Positions 36,392 through 46,124 of a stretch of DNA of 64,000 nt are shown piece after piece; within the stretch, counting starts at the first letter, position 1, and the number at the start of each line of letters is the position of its first letter. The stretch lies in assembly GCA_016789705.1 (NCBI GenBank), contig JAEUQR010000005.1:215343-279342 (forward strand), read 5' to 3'. Below the pieces are notes generated by a model that was given only the letters and a program-made list of their open reading frames with translations, did no database searches and was not told the origin of the DNA. Source of the DNA: Acidobacteriota bacterium (GTDB taxonomy: Bacteria; Acidobacteriota; Vicinamibacteria; Vicinamibacterales; UBA2999). The position numbers were made by a program, and so were the translations under genes.

Positions 36392-37015
36392 TCACGCCAC
36401 TCCCGACCGCGTCCGCTCGCGCTTCGCCTTGGCCGCGGCGAAGTCACCGGCGGCACTGCCCACCTGGTTCATCGCGCGTCCCACGCGCCAGAAGTAGTCG
36501 AGCGCCGAACCGAGCGCCGTCGCCATCACCACCCAGAGCGCCAGCTTGCCGAGTTGCAGGAGAAGCGGAAAGCGCTCCCAGCCGAGCAGCAGCAACAGCA
36601 CCGCGACCACCTGGGTCACCATCTTCAGCTTGCCGAGCGGCGAGGCCGGCACGATGAGGCCGCGCGAGAAGGCCAGGCTGCGCAGGCCGGTCACCGCGAA
36701 CTCGCGGCCGATGATGACCGCCACCATCCAGGCCGGCGCCAGCTCGAGCTGCACGAGTGAGACGAGCGTGGCCGAGATGAGCAGCTTGTCGGCGATCGGG
36801 TCGAGCACCTGCCCCACCCAGGTGATCTGCTGGCGGCGGCGCGCCAGATACCCGTCGAGCCAGTCGGTGAGCGAGGCCAGGCCGAAGATGGCGGCCGCCA
36901 CGAACTCCACGTGGATGCCGGCGACGGCCCGCCCCTCGAACTTCGTCAGGAGCACGACCACGAGCAGCGGCACCAGGAAGATGCGGATGACCGTCAGCGT
37001 GTTCGGCAGATTCAT
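36392..37015 (-). CDS. pgsA: CDP-diacylglycerol--glycerol-3-phosphate 3-phosphatidyltransferase
   Basis: MNLPNTLTVIRIFLVP... and the CDP-alcohol phosphatidyltransferase motif DWLDGYLARR....G..LDPIADKL. ATG verified at 37013-37015. Confidence 0.9.
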   Translation of the reverse strand: MNLPNTLTVIRIFLVPLLVVVLLTKFEGRAVAGIHVEFVAAAIFGLASLTDWLDGYLARRRQQITWVGQVLDPIADKLLISATLVSLVQLELAPAWMVAVIIGREFAVTGLRSLAFSRGLIVPASPLGKLKMVTQVVAVLLLLLGWERFPLLLQLGKLALWVVMATALGSALDYFWRVGRAMNQVGSAAGDFAAAKAKRERTRSGVA

Positions 37016-37113
37016 TGGCGGGACGGCCTGTGGGCGCGATTCTACCCCCGCCTCCGGGCCCTGACAACCAGCCGGCCCGGGCCAAATCGCCTCGTGTATC
37101 ATCAAGTGTTCCC

Positions 37114-38169
37114 ATGAAAGCCATCCTGCTGGCCGGCGGCAAGGGCACGCGACTGCGCCCCCTCACGCTGCACACGCCGAAACCCATCGTTCCCATCTTC
37201 GACCGGCCGTTCCTGAGCTACCAGATTGGCCTGCTCAAGCAACTTCCCGAGATCGACGAAGTCATCCTCAGCCTCAACTATCAGCCCCGCCGTCTCGAAG
37301 AGACCTTCGGCGACGGGTCCGGCCTCGGCATGCGGCTCCGCTACGTGGTGGAGCCCTCGCCGCTCGGCACCGGCGGCGCCATCAAGTACGCCGCGAAGGG
37401 CATCGACGACACCATCGTCGTCTTCAACGGCGACGTGATGACGTCGGTGGACGTGGCCGCCGTGGTCGCGCAGCACAAGGCGCGCAAGGCGAAGGCCACG
37501 ATCGTCCTCACGCCGGTCGACAACCCCACGGCCTACGGCCTGGTCGAAACCGACGCCGAGGGGAACGTGCGGCGGTTCCTCGAGAAGCCGAAGGCCGACG
37601 AGATCACCTGCAACACGATCAACGCCGGCATCTACGTGCTCGAGCCCGACACGTTCGACCGCATCCCGAAGGACACGCCGTATTCGATCGAACGCGGCTA
37701 CTTCCCGTCGCTCGTCGAACGCGGCGAGACGTTCGTGGCCTACGTCGAACGCGGCTACTGGATCGACATCGGCACACCGGAGAAATACCGCGACGTGCAC
37801 AAGGACATCTTCGACGGCCGCTGCCCGCTCGGGCCGGCCGACATCAGCTCGGGCCAGCCGGTGGTAGCGCCCGACGCCAAGGTCGAAGCCGGCGCCGTGC
37901 TCGAAGGCCCGTGTTTCCTCGACGCCGGTGTGGTCGTGAAGGCCGGCGCGAAGGTGGGCCCGTACAGCGTGCTCGGCCGCTCCGTGCTCGTCGAAGAGGA
38001 CGCGCGAGTCGAGGGCGCCATCGTGTGGCCCAACGCCCGCATCGGCCGCGACGCGTCGGTCGGCGCGGCGCTCGTCGGCCGCAGCTGCTACATCGGCAAG
38101 AACGCCGAGGTGGGGCCGCAGGCCATCCTCGGCGACAAGACCACGCTCTCCGATTTCACGAAGGCGTAA
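37114..38169 (+). CDS. sugar-phosphate nucleotidyltransferase (mannose-1-phosphate guanylyltransferase-like) with a C-terminal left-handed beta-helix
   Basis: MKAILLAGGKGTRLRPLTLHTPKP is the NTP_transferase motif. The C-terminal part has hexapeptide-repeat character. ATG verified at 37114. Confidence 0.85.
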   Translation: MKAILLAGGKGTRLRPLTLHTPKPIVPIFDRPFLSYQIGLLKQLPEIDEVILSLNYQPRRLEETFGDGSGLGMRLRYVVEPSPLGTGGAIKYAAKGIDDTIVVFNGDVMTSVDVAAVVAQHKARKAKATIVLTPVDNPTAYGLVETDAEGNVRRFLEKPKADEITCNTINAGIYVLEPDTFDRIPKDTPYSIERGYFPSLVERGETFVAYVERGYWIDIGTPEKYRDVHKDIFDGRCPLGPADISSGQPVVAPDAKVEAGAVLEGPCFLDAGVVVKAGAKVGPYSVLGRSVLVEEDARVEGAIVWPNARIGRDASVGAALVGRSCYIGKNAEVGPQAILGDKTTLSDFTKA

Positions 38170-38175
38170 GGCGTC

Positions 38176-39534
38176 ATGACTCCGATCAACACCGAGATCT
38201 TCAAGGCCTACGACGTCCGCGGGCTCTATCCCGGGGAAGTCAACGAAGACACGTTCCATCTGCTCGGCCGCGCCTTTGCCGCCTTCCTTGGCCCGGGCGC
38301 AGTGGCGGTCACGCGCGACATGCGGGTGTCGTCGCCGTCTCTGACGAAGGCCTTCATCGACGGTGTGACGCTGCAGGGCGTGGACGTGCACGACGGCGGC
38401 CTCGCCGGCACCGACATGATGTATTACGCGGTGGCGAGCGCCGGCCTCATGGGCGGCGCGCAGGTGACCGCCTCGCACAACCCGAAGCAGTACAACGGCT
38501 GCAAGATGGTGAAGGCGGAAGCCTTCCCGCTCAGCGGCGAGTCGGGCATTCGCGAGATGAAGGAGATGCTGCTCACGAACTCGCTGCCGGCGCCGTCGGC
38601 GCGCCGCGGCACCGTGACGCCACTCGCCATCATGGCCCCCTACGTGGACCACGTGATGGGCTTCATCGACCCCACCGTGATCCAGTCATTCAACACCGTG
38701 CTCGATGCCGGCAGCGGCATCGCCGGCCTGGTGGCGCCGCATCTCTTCGACCGCCTGCCCTGCCGCACGACGAGACTCTGCTTCGAGGTGGACGGCACCT
38801 TCCCGAACCACGAAGCGAATCCGCTGCTCGAGGAGAACCGCGAGGACATCACCGCGGAGGTCATCCGGCAGAAGGCCGACATCGGCATCGCCTGGGACGG
38901 CGATGCCGATCGCTGCTTCTTCATCGACGGCAGCGGCGAGTTCATCGCCGGTGACTTCATCACGGCGCTGCTCGCCGAGGCCGCGCTCATGAAGCAGCCG
39001 TGCTCGACCATCATCTACGACGTGCGCGCCAGCTACGCCGTGAAGGACACCGTGGCCCGCTACAACGGCCGGGCGCTGATGAACCGCGTCGGCCATGCCT
39101 TCATCAAGCGCCGCATGCGCGAAGAAGACGGCATCTTCGGCGGCGAAGTGACCGGCCACTACTACTTCAAGGACAACTTCTACGCCGACAACGGCTTCAT
39201 CCCGGCGCTGCTCATCCTCGAGCTGATGTCGCGCAAGGGCAAATCGCTGCGCGACCTGCTGGCGCCGCTGCGCGAGCGCTACTTCATCTCCGGCGAGATC
39301 AACACGAAGGTCTCGAGCATGGCCGTCGTGCCCGAGAAGATCGAGCGCCTGGCGAAGGAGTACGGCCACGGCCACGTCTATCGCCTCGACGGCATCTCGG
39401 TCGAGTTCGACGACTGGCACTTCAACGTGCGCGCCTCGAACACCGAACCCCTGCTCCGCCTGAATCTCGAAGGCACGACGCCCGAGATCATGGAGAGGCG
39501 CAGGGACGAAGTGCTCGACATCATTCGCGGGTAG
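38176..39534 (+). CDS. phosphomannomutase / phosphoglucomutase
   Basis: Active-site [11 protein letters not shown] and metal-binding [10 protein letters not shown] motifs. Confidence 0.9.
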   Translation: MTPINTEIFKAYDVRGLYPGEVNEDTFHLLGRAFAAFLGPGAVAVTRDMRVSSPSLTKAFIDGVTLQGVDVHDGGLAGTDMMYYAVASAGLMGGAQVTASHNPKQYNGCKMVKAEAFPLSGESGIREMKEMLLTNSLPAPSARRGTVTPLAIMAPYVDHVMGFIDPTVIQSFNTVLDAGSGIAGLVAPHLFDRLPCRTTRLCFEVDGTFPNHEANPLLEENREDITAEVIRQKADIGIAWDGDADRCFFIDGSGEFIAGDFITALLAEAALMKQPCSTIIYDVRASYAVKDTVARYNGRALMNRVGHAFIKRRMREEDGIFGGEVTGHYYFKDNFYADNGFIPALLILELMSRKGKSLRDLLAPLRERYFISGEINTKVSSMAVVPEKIERLAKEYGHGHVYRLDGISVEFDDWHFNVRASNTEPLLRLNLEGTTPEIMERRRDEVLDIIRG

Positions 39535-39574
39535 GACGCCCGCGCGGCGATCGCCAGATCGCGAAAGTCATACG

Positions 39575-41923
39575 ATGCCCGAACCTGCCACGCGCCGCGT
39601 CACCTTCCCCGTCGTGGGGATGACGTGCGCGGCGTGTCAGTCGGCGGTGGAACGAAGCCTCACCCGCACGGCCGGCGTGCGTGAGGCGTCGGTCAACCTG
39701 ATGCTTCACGCGGCCACGGTCACCTACGACCCGGCGGTCGTGCCGCTGGAGGGGTTGCTCGAGGCCGTGCGCGACATCGGCTACGAGGCCGAGGCGCCGG
39801 CCGAGGGCGATGCACTCGGGGCGCCGGCGGCGCGGGCCGCGCTCGACGACGTGGCTGACGGCGCGCTCTGGCGCAAGGCGGCCATCACCTTCACGGCCGC
39901 CATCGCCGCCATGGTCGTCGGCGTGCCACTCATGGCGCCCGTCGGCGCCACCGGACACGACGCCCATCTCGTGAGCGCCGATCCGTTCATGCAGTGGATA
40001 ATGCGGTCGCTCGGCCCGTCGCTGCAGGCGGCGATGCCGTGGCTGTATGCCCTGCCGCCGGTGGTCATCCTCTGGAGTCTCACCGCGATCACCGCGGCAC
40101 TCATGGCGTGGGCCGGCCGCGAGTTCTACGTGCGCGCGTGGAAGAACCTCGGCCACGGCACCGCGGACATGAACTCGCTCGTCGCGCTCGGCACGGGCGC
40201 GGCGTTCCTCTACTCGCTCGTGGCCACCGTGGCGCCGGGGCTCTTCACACGCGCCGGCGTGGCGCCTGACGTCTACTACGAGGCCGTCCTCTTCATCATC
40301 GCGCTCGTGCTCATGGGCCGGGCGCTCGAGGCGCGGGCGAAACACCAGGCCACGCGCGCCCTCGGCCGCCTCGTGGCCCTGCAACCCTCCACCGCGCGGG
40401 TCCGCGTGGGCGGGGTGGACGAGGACCGCCCGCTCGCGGCGATCGTGACGGGTGACCTCGTCGTAATGCGCCCCGGCGAGCGCCTGGCCGTGGACGGTGT
40501 CGTCGTGGACGGCCGATCCGCCGTGGACGAATCGATGCTCACCGGCGAACCGGTGCCGGTCGAGAAGGCCGTGGGCGACGGCGTGGTCGGCGGCACGGTC
40601 AATGGCGGCGGCGTGCTCGTGGTGCGCACGACCGCCGTGGGCGCGGCGAGCGTGCTCGCGCAGATCGTGCGGCTGATGCAGGACGCGCAGGCGTCGCGCG
40701 CGCCCATCCAGCACCTGGCGGACCGCGTGGCCGCGGTGTTCGTGCCCTTGGTGGCCGGTCTGGCCGTCGTCACGGTGGCGGCCTGGTGGATCTTCGGCGG
40801 CGAGGCCGGCGCCGTGCGCGCGTTCGCGAACGGCGTGGCCGTCCTCATCATCGCCTGCCCGTGTGCGATGGGCCTGGCAGTGCCCACGGCGGTGATGGTG
40901 GCGACCGGACGCGGCGCCGAGTCCGGCGTGCTCATCAAGGGCGGCGAAGCCCTGCAGCGCACCGGGGACGTGACGGCGGTGGTCTTCGACAAGACGGGCA
41001 CGCTCACGGTGGGCCGGCCGACCGTGTCTGCCGTGCGTGTCGTGGCGGAGGGTGTGACCGAGGACGCCCTCGTGCGCGCGGCCGCCGCCGTGGGCGCGCA
41101 GTCCGAACACCCGCTGTCCGCCGCGATCGTGGCCGAGGCCGCGCGCCGCGGGCTCGCGCTTCCCCTCCCCTCGACCTTCGACAGCGCGCCTGGGCTCGGC
41201 GCGTCGGGCCTCGTGGATGGGGTCGCGGTGCGCATGGGCCGCGCGTCGTACGTGGCGCCGGCGCCGCCGTCCCCGCCCCCGTCCGATGGTGTGGATGGCG
41301 GTGACACCGAAGTGCACGTGGCGCTCGATGGCCGCTATGCCGGTGTCATCTGCCTGCACGACCCGCTGCGGGCGGATGCGGCCGACGCGGTGGCACGTGT
41401 CGGCGCGCTGGGGCTCACGCCCGTGCTGCTCACGGGCGACCGTCAGGGACCGGCGGAACGGGCGGCCCGCGGTGTGGGCATCACACGCGTAGTCGCCGGC
41501 GTGCTGCCGGCCGGAAAGACCGACGAAGTCGGCCGTCTCCAGGCCGAGGGACACGTCGTGGCGATGGTCGGTGACGGCATCAACGACGCGCCGGCGCTCG
41601 CCAAGGCCGACGTGGGCATCGCCCTCGCCTCGGGCACGGATGTCGCGGTCGAGGCCGCCGACATCGTCCTGATGCGACCCGACATCCGTGGCGTGGCGCG
41701 GGCGATCGCGCTGTCGCGCCGGACGATGCGGGTGATGCGGCAGAACCTGTTCTGGGCCTTCATCTACAACGTCATCGGCATTCCGGTGGCGGCCGGCCTG
41801 CTCTACCCGTGGTTCGGTGTGCTGCTGAGCCCGGTGCTCGCGAGCGCGGCCATGGCCTTCAGTTCGGTGAGTGTCGTGGCGAACAGCTTGCGGCTGCGGC
41901 GCGCCAATCTCGACGCCCGCTGA
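39575..41923 (+). CDS. copA: copper-translocating P1B-type ATPase
   Basis: N-terminal HMA domain ([12 protein letters not shown]), the CPC motif ([10 protein letters not shown]), DKTGTLT, SEHPL and GDGINDAP. Confidence 0.92.
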   Translation: MPEPATRRVTFPVVGMTCAACQSAVERSLTRTAGVREASVNLMLHAATVTYDPAVVPLEGLLEAVRDIGYEAEAPAEGDALGAPAARAALDDVADGALWRKAAITFTAAIAAMVVGVPLMAPVGATGHDAHLVSADPFMQWIMRSLGPSLQAAMPWLYALPPVVILWSLTAITAALMAWAGREFYVRAWKNLGHGTADMNSLVALGTGAAFLYSLVATVAPGLFTRAGVAPDVYYEAVLFIIALVLMGRALEARAKHQATRALGRLVALQPSTARVRVGGVDEDRPLAAIVTGDLVVMRPGERLAVDGVVVDGRSAVDESMLTGEPVPVEKAVGDGVVGGTVNGGGVLVVRTTAVGAASVLAQIVRLMQDAQASRAPIQHLADRVAAVFVPLVAGLAVVTVAAWWIFGGEAGAVRAFANGVAVLIIACPCAMGLAVPTAVMVATGRGAESGVLIKGGEALQRTGDVTAVVFDKTGTLTVGRPTVSAVRVVAEGVTEDALVRAAAAVGAQSEHPLSAAIVAEAARRGLALPLPSTFDSAPGLGASGLVDGVAVRMGRASYVAPAPPSPPPSDGVDGGDTEVHVALDGRYAGVICLHDPLRADAADAVARVGALGLTPVLLTGDRQGPAERAARGVGITRVVAGVLPAGKTDEVGRLQAEGHVVAMVGDGINDAPALAKADVGIALASGTDVAVEAADIVLMRPDIRGVARAIALSRRTMRVMRQNLFWAFIYNVIGIPVAAGLLYPWFGVLLSPVLASAAMAFSSVSVVANSLRLRRANLDAR

Positions 41924-41971
41924 CCGACTCCGGCTAGAATGGCGCCGGCCGGACGCCGGCCGGAGGCCCGC

Positions 41972-42817
41972 ATGCCCGTCCCCCGTGTGTTGTCCGCCGT
42001 CTGCCTGAGCGCCTGCCTGCTGCCACTCCACGTGGCCGCGCAGCCGGTGGCGCCATCCGCCCCGTCACTCGACGTGGCGGCGCGGGCCGAGTTCCTGCGC
42101 TCGGCTCGCGTCATTCGCAGCGTCGGTCTTGCCACCGGCGTCACCAGTCCGTACCGGCTCACGCTCACCGACGGTATCGTGACGCACGACGCGTCGTTCC
42201 AGTCGGTGAACGAGCGTGTCAACAAGGCCGACTTCGGAGCACGAGGCGTCGAGTTCAACTTCGCCGATTCGCACCACTTCAACCTGGCGGCATATCAGCT
42301 GGCCGTCATGCTTGGCGTGGACGACATGATGCCGGTCACGGTGCATCGCACGTGGAATGGCCGCGAGGGCACCCTCACGTGGTGGGTCGACGACGTCATC
42401 GACGAACGGACGCGCCTCCGCGACAAGCGCGAGCCGCCGAACACGGCGATCTGGCGCCAGCAGAACTTCAAGATGCGCGTCTTCGCCGCCGTCGTCGGCG
42501 ACACCGACCGCAATCTGGGCAACATCCTCATCGGCGCCACCGACTGGAAGCTCTGGATGATCGACTTCACCCGGGCGTTCCGCCTTCATCCGGCGCCGAA
42601 GTCCACCGACGGGCTCTCGCAGATCGATCGCTCCCTGCTGGCGCGCCTGCGCCGGCTCGACGCCGCGCAGGTCCGTGCGACGACGGCCCACTGCCTCAAT
42701 GGCTACGAAGTCGAGGCGCTCATGAAACGGCGCGACGCGATCGTCGCGCACTACGATCGGCTAGTCGCGGAGAAAGGCGCGGCCGCGGTGTTGTACGGGG
42801 TCGAGGCGACGCCGTGA
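41972..42817 (+). CDS. secreted hypothetical protein with a PI3/PI4-kinase-like (PI4K type II-like) catalytic motif
   Basis: GGAGG lies 5 nt upstream of ATG 41972. Signal peptide MPVPRVLSAVCLSACLLPLHVAAQP. VVGDTDRNLGNILIG...LWMIDFTRAF resembles the (N/D)TDRxxxN(W/I)LI catalytic loop plus the IDxG/IDF segment of PI4KII/HipA-like kinases. Confidence 0.6.
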   Translation: MPVPRVLSAVCLSACLLPLHVAAQPVAPSAPSLDVAARAEFLRSARVIRSVGLATGVTSPYRLTLTDGIVTHDASFQSVNERVNKADFGARGVEFNFADSHHFNLAAYQLAVMLGVDDMMPVTVHRTWNGREGTLTWWVDDVIDERTRLRDKREPPNTAIWRQQNFKMRVFAAVVGDTDRNLGNILIGATDWKLWMIDFTRAFRLHPAPKSTDGLSQIDRSLLARLRRLDAAQVRATTAHCLNGYEVEALMKRRDAIVAHYDRLVAEKGAAAVLYGVEATP

Positions 42818-42847
42818 GCAGGCGCGCGCGGCGTGTCGGGGTGGAAA

Positions 42848-42923
42848 TGGAGCGGGAGACGGGGATCGAACCCGCGACATTCAGCTTGGGAAGCTGACAC
42901 TCTACCAACTGAGTTACTCCCGC
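42848..42923 (-). tRNA. tRNA-Gly (anticodon CCC)
   Basis: Minus-strand cloverleaf: GCGGGAG-UA-ACUC-AGUUGGUA-GAGU-G-UCAGC-UUCCCAA-GCUGA-AUGUC-GCGGG-UUCGAUC-CCCGU-CUCCCGC-U-CCA. Anticodon loop is UU-CCC-AA. CCA is encoded. Confidence 0.9.
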
Positions 42924-42986
42924 TCAGTCGGGCCATTCTACCACCCGGGGCGCGCGGGCCGTAACGGGCTGACGCGCGGCCGCGGC

Positions 42987-43613
42987 CTAGCGGAACGACA
43001 CGCCGACGCCGATCGCGATGCGCGTCGTGGCGGCCGCGCTCGGCCGGGCCGTCGTGGCCGGGCGGGGCGTGAGCGCCCAGAAGCGCAGGTCGAGGCTCAC
43101 GGCCAGATGTTCGCGCACGAACCAGCGGGCGCCGCCGCCGTAGTGGAACGCCAGCCCCCAGGACGCCGGCTGATCCTCCACACCGGCCTCGGTGGCGCGG
43201 ACCTTCGCGGCACCGGCGCCGATCGACAGGTAGCTCCACCCGTCGCGATGGCCGAAGTTGAGCGCGGCGTGCGGCGCCGCGGCGAACATCCGGGTGGCCA
43301 TCGTGGGGGCGTCCACGCCCGTGGCGCGTCCCTCGGCCACGAACCCGGTGGCGCCGAACGACAACCGACGGAACCGGCCCGGGCCGGCAAAGACGAACAC
43401 GCCGCCTTCGGCGCCGATGCCGCGTCCCGGCACGAGCGCGCCCGTGGCGGCCACCGGGGGCGTCCAGCCGAGGCCGGTCGGCAGCGTCGTGCTGGCCAGC
43501 CGCAGGTCGCCCACCACCCCGCCGAGCGCCTCCCGGGGCTGCGCGGTCGCGGCGGCGGCCACCAGCCCCACGGCCAGCACCGCCCACGCGACAAGGGGGA
43601 CGAGGCGACGCAC
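42987..43613 (-). CDS. outer-membrane beta-barrel protein (OmpW/OmpX-like, hypothetical)
   Basis: Signal peptide MRRLVPLVAWAVLAVGLVAAAATAQP. Alternating hydrophobic beta-strand pattern, with C-terminal ...IAIGVGVSFR. Confidence 0.5.
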   Translation of the reverse strand: MRRLVPLVAWAVLAVGLVAAAATAQPREALGGVVGDLRLASTTLPTGLGWTPPVAATGALVPGRGIGAEGGVFVFAGPGRFRRLSFGATGFVAEGRATGVDAPTMATRMFAAAPHAALNFGHRDGWSYLSIGAGAAKVRATEAGVEDQPASWGLAFHYGGGARWFVREHLAVSLDLRFWALTPRPATTARPSAAATTRIAIGVGVSFR

Positions 43614-43616
43614 GCG

Positions 43617-43916
43617 TCAGCCGTTCTTGGCCTTGCGGCGGCCGGCCCAGTACTTCTTCATGCGCTCGGAGACCGCCTTGCGCATGGCCGGAGACATGGT
43701 GGAGCGCTTCTTGGCCTTCTTCGGCGCCGTGGCCTTCTCGGGGGCGGCAGCGGCGTGGGCGGCCTTGGTGCCGCGGGCGGCAGGACGGGCGCCCGAGAAC
43801 AGTTCGGGGAACGTGGCGCGGATGGCCGCTTCTTCCTTGCGGATGTCCTCGAGACGGCGCATCGCGCCGAGGCGGGCGAAGCGCCGCATGTCGTCCTTGC
43901 TGAGTTCGTGAGCCAC
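43617..43916 (-). CDS. small basic hypothetical protein
   Basis: GTG 43916 is preceded by AAGGA; ATG 43889 is an alternative. The 99-aa Lys/Arg/Ala-rich product ends ...MSPAMRKAVSERMKKYWAGRRKAKNG. Its stop lies 3 nt before the OMP gene start. Confidence 0.5.
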   Translation of the reverse strand: MAHELSKDDMRRFARLGAMRRLEDIRKEEAAIRATFPELFSGARPAARGTKAAHAAAAPEKATAPKKAKKRSTMSPAMRKAVSERMKKYWAGRRKAKNG

Positions 43917-43944
43917 TGAGCGATCCTTTGCGTGAGTGAGGGGG

Positions 43945-43964
43945 CTCGCACGACGTCGTGCGAG
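43945..43964. repeat. 20-bp perfect palindrome
   Basis: CTCGCACGACGTCGTGCGAG, located 29 nt upstream of GTG 43916 and downstream of the deoC stop. Confidence 0.7.
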
Positions 43965-43987
43965 GGGCATCACGGCATCATAGCGGC

Positions 43988-44004
43988 GCGCCGTTGCACG
44001 GCGC
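43988..44004 (-). terminator. hairpin just after the deoC stop (weak terminator candidate)
   Basis: GCGCCGU-UGC-ACGGCGC (7-bp stem). No U-tract. Confidence 0.25.
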
Positions 44005-44011
44005 AACGCAC

Positions 44012-44923
44012 TCAGTAGCTGCCGGGACGGGACGCCTGGGCCGCCGCCTTCGGGGCGGCTGGCGCCCCGCCCTGCGACTCGCGCACGATACGCACGCCGG
44101 CGCTCGCGCCCACGCGGGTCGCGCCGGCGGCCACCATCGCCTGCATCTGTTCGAGGTCGCGGACGCCGCCCGCCGCCTTGACGCCCATGTCCGCCCCGAC
44201 CACACGCCGCATCAACGCCACGTCGGCCACCGTGGCGCCGCCCGGGCCAAAGCCGGTCGAGGTCTTTACGAAGTCGGCGCCGGCGGCCTTGGCGAGTGTG
44301 CACGCCGTGACCTTCTCGTCGTCCGTCAGGAGCGCGGCTTCGATGATGACCTTGCTCGTCGCGCCGCAGGCCCGGCACGCCGCCGCCACGCCTTCGATGT
44401 CCTGCTCGACGAGGCGCAGGTCGCCCGACTTCAGCGCGCCCACGTTGATGACCATGTCGATTTCGGTCGCGCCGTCGACGATGGCGCGGCGCGTCTCGTA
44501 CGCCTTCACGTCGGGCGTGGTAGCGCCGAGCGGGAACCCGACGACCGAGCACACGCCCACGCCGCTGCCCCGCAACTGGCGGGCCGCCAGGGCCACCCAC
44601 GCAGGGTTCACGCAGACGGTGGCGAACTTGTGTTCGGCCGCTTCGCGGCAGAGCGCTTCCACCTCGGTGGCCGTGGCGTCGGCCTTGAGCAGCGTGTGGT
44701 CGATGAGGCCGGCGATGAGCCCGCCACCGCCCTTCGCACCGTGCATGCCGAGCCGGGCCGCGCCGGCATCGACCACGCCCTGGACGCGCGTGGGACAGCA
44801 GTCCACCTGCCAGCCGTGACAGGCGCAGCGCGCCAGCGGCTGGCTGCGATAGGCCGCCAGTTCTTCGGCGATGATGGCGACGAGACGTCCCAGATCGACG
44901 CCGACGGTCTGGTCGGGAGACAT
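44012..44923 (-). CDS. deoC: deoxyribose-phosphate aldolase with a Cys-rich N-terminal extension
   Basis: [11 protein letters not shown]...VCVNP...VVGFPLGA...[10 protein letters not shown] (Schiff-base Lys) are DeoC motifs. These are preceded by about 80 aa containing [14 protein letters not shown] verified at 44921-44923. Confidence 0.85.
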   Translation of the reverse strand: MSPDQTVGVDLGRLVAIIAEELAAYRSQPLARCACHGWQVDCCPTRVQGVVDAGAARLGMHGAKGGGGLIAGLIDHTLLKADATATEVEALCREAAEHKFATVCVNPAWVALAARQLRGSGVGVCSVVGFPLGATTPDVKAYETRRAIVDGATEIDMVINVGALKSGDLRLVEQDIEGVAAACRACGATSKVIIEAALLTDDEKVTACTLAKAAGADFVKTSTGFGPGGATVADVALMRRVVGADMGVKAAGGVRDLEQMQAMVAAGATRVGASAGVRIVRESQGGAPAAPKAAAQASRPGSY

Positions 44924-44925
44924 GC

Positions 44926-45555
44926 TCACCGGGTGCGCTCCAGCCCCTGAATCTTGCCGAGGCGGCGAATGTAGCGGGCTTCGGTCATGGGCGTCGAGAT
45001 CCACGTCTCCACGATGGCGAGCGCGGCCTCCGTCGAGACGAGCGTCGCGCCGAGCGCGAGCACGTTGGCGCCGTTGTGCTCGCGGGCATAGCGCGCCAGC
45101 GTCCTGTCGGTGCACATCGCGCAGCGGATACCGTCGATCTTGTTGGCCGCAATCGCCGAGCCGAGGCCCGCGCCGTCGATGACGATGCCGGCGTCGGCTT
45201 CGCGGCGCGCCACGAGCCGCGCCACCTGCCCGGCGATGTCGGGATAGTCCACCGGGTCGGGCGTGTCGAGGCCCACCTCCTGCACGGCCAGGCCACGCTG
45301 CCGTAGGTGGTCGCGAATCGCCTTCCGCAGGGCCAGGCCGGTGTGGTCGCTGCCGACGGCGAACCGGCGGGGCGCGGCCACCGGCGCCAGCCCCTCGACG
45401 TCGCCCACGGCGCCGTCACGCACGAGCGTCACGCCACGCTCGCGCAGCGTGTCGAGAGCGAGCGGCGTGACGTGCCCGCCTTTCGCGAGCACGACCGTCG
45501 TGCCGCGTTCGAGCGTGCGCGCGATGGTCTCGGTGAGCATGTCGTAGCGTGTCAT
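44926..45555 (-). CDS. rpiB: ribose-5-phosphate isomerase B (RpiB/LacAB family) with an N-terminal extension
   Basis: [20 protein letters not shown]...[17 protein letters not shown]...RCAMC are RpiB motifs. They are preceded by about 65 aa ([45 protein letters not shown]). Confidence 0.85.
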   Translation of the reverse strand: MTRYDMLTETIARTLERGTTVVLAKGGHVTPLALDTLRERGVTLVRDGAVGDVEGLAPVAAPRRFAVGSDHTGLALRKAIRDHLRQRGLAVQEVGLDTPDPVDYPDIAGQVARLVARREADAGIVIDGAGLGSAIAANKIDGIRCAMCTDRTLARYAREHNGANVLALGATLVSTEAALAIVETWISTPMTEARYIRRLGKIQGLERTR

Positions 45556-45605
45556 TCCACTTCCCCGCTGCCTGTCCCTGCCCCGTATGGTACCCTCGGC
45601 CGCGC

Positions 45606-46124
45606 ATGTCCGCTACGGTCACCCCGCTGATTCCCGCCCACGACATCCAGGCCCGCATCCAGACGCTTGCCGCCGAGATCCGCCGCGACAATCCCGCCGC
45701 CGACCTGCACTTCATCGGCGTGCTCAAGGGCTCGGTGTTCTTCATGGCCGACCTGCTGCGCGCCATGTCGGGCACGGTCACCATGGACTTCATCGCCGTG
45801 TCCAGCTACTCGGGCACGAAGACCACCGGCGAAGTGCGAATGCTCAAGGACGTGGACCGCGGGCTGCAGGACCGCCACGTCATCGTGGTGGAGGACATCG
45901 TCGACACCGGCCTCACCCTGCACTATCTGCAGGACCTGCTGCGGGCGCGCGGGCCGAAATCGCTGCGGTGCGCGTGTCTTCTCTCGAAGCCGTCGCGGCG
46001 TAAGATCGAGGTGCCGGTGGACTACATCGGCTTCGAGATCGAGGACAGGTTCGTCGTCGGCTACGGCCTCGACTACGACGAACACTACCGCCACCTGCCC
46101 TTCATCGGCACGCTCACGGTGTGA
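45606..46124 (+). CDS. hpt: hypoxanthine phosphoribosyltransferase
   Basis: GVLKGSVFFMADLLR and the PRPP-binding site VIVVEDIVDTGLTL. ATG verified at 45606. Confidence 0.92.
   Translation: MSATVTPLIPAHDIQARIQTLAAEIRRDNPAADLHFIGVLKGSVFFMADLLRAMSGTVTMDFIAVSSYSGTKTTGEVRMLKDVDRGLQDRHVIVVEDIVDTGLTLHYLQDLLRARGPKSLRCACLLSKPSRRKIEVPVDYIGFEIEDRFVVGYGLDYDEHYRHLPFIGTLTV

Noticed and set aside
36299-36760. 153-aa plus-strand ORF starting in the GATC-rich spacer.
   Set aside because: It runs antisense through pgsA, has low-complexity His/Arg-rich sequence, and shows no motif. pgsA on the other strand is unambiguous.
39521-42031. 836-aa ORF on the minus strand, antisense to copA. Many similar long antisense or off-frame ORFs appear in the track, for example 305-1042, 1326-2453, 2842-4191, 13845-15182, 16475-17785, 17641-19116, 21605-23248, 24968-26596, 29881-32025, 37102-38652 and 46283-48145.
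   Set aside because: Their products are Arg/Gly/Pro/His-rich low-complexity strings with no recognisable motifs. They fully overlap genes with unambiguous family signatures on the other strand or frame. This is the expected artefact of stop-codon scarcity in roughly 70% GC DNA.
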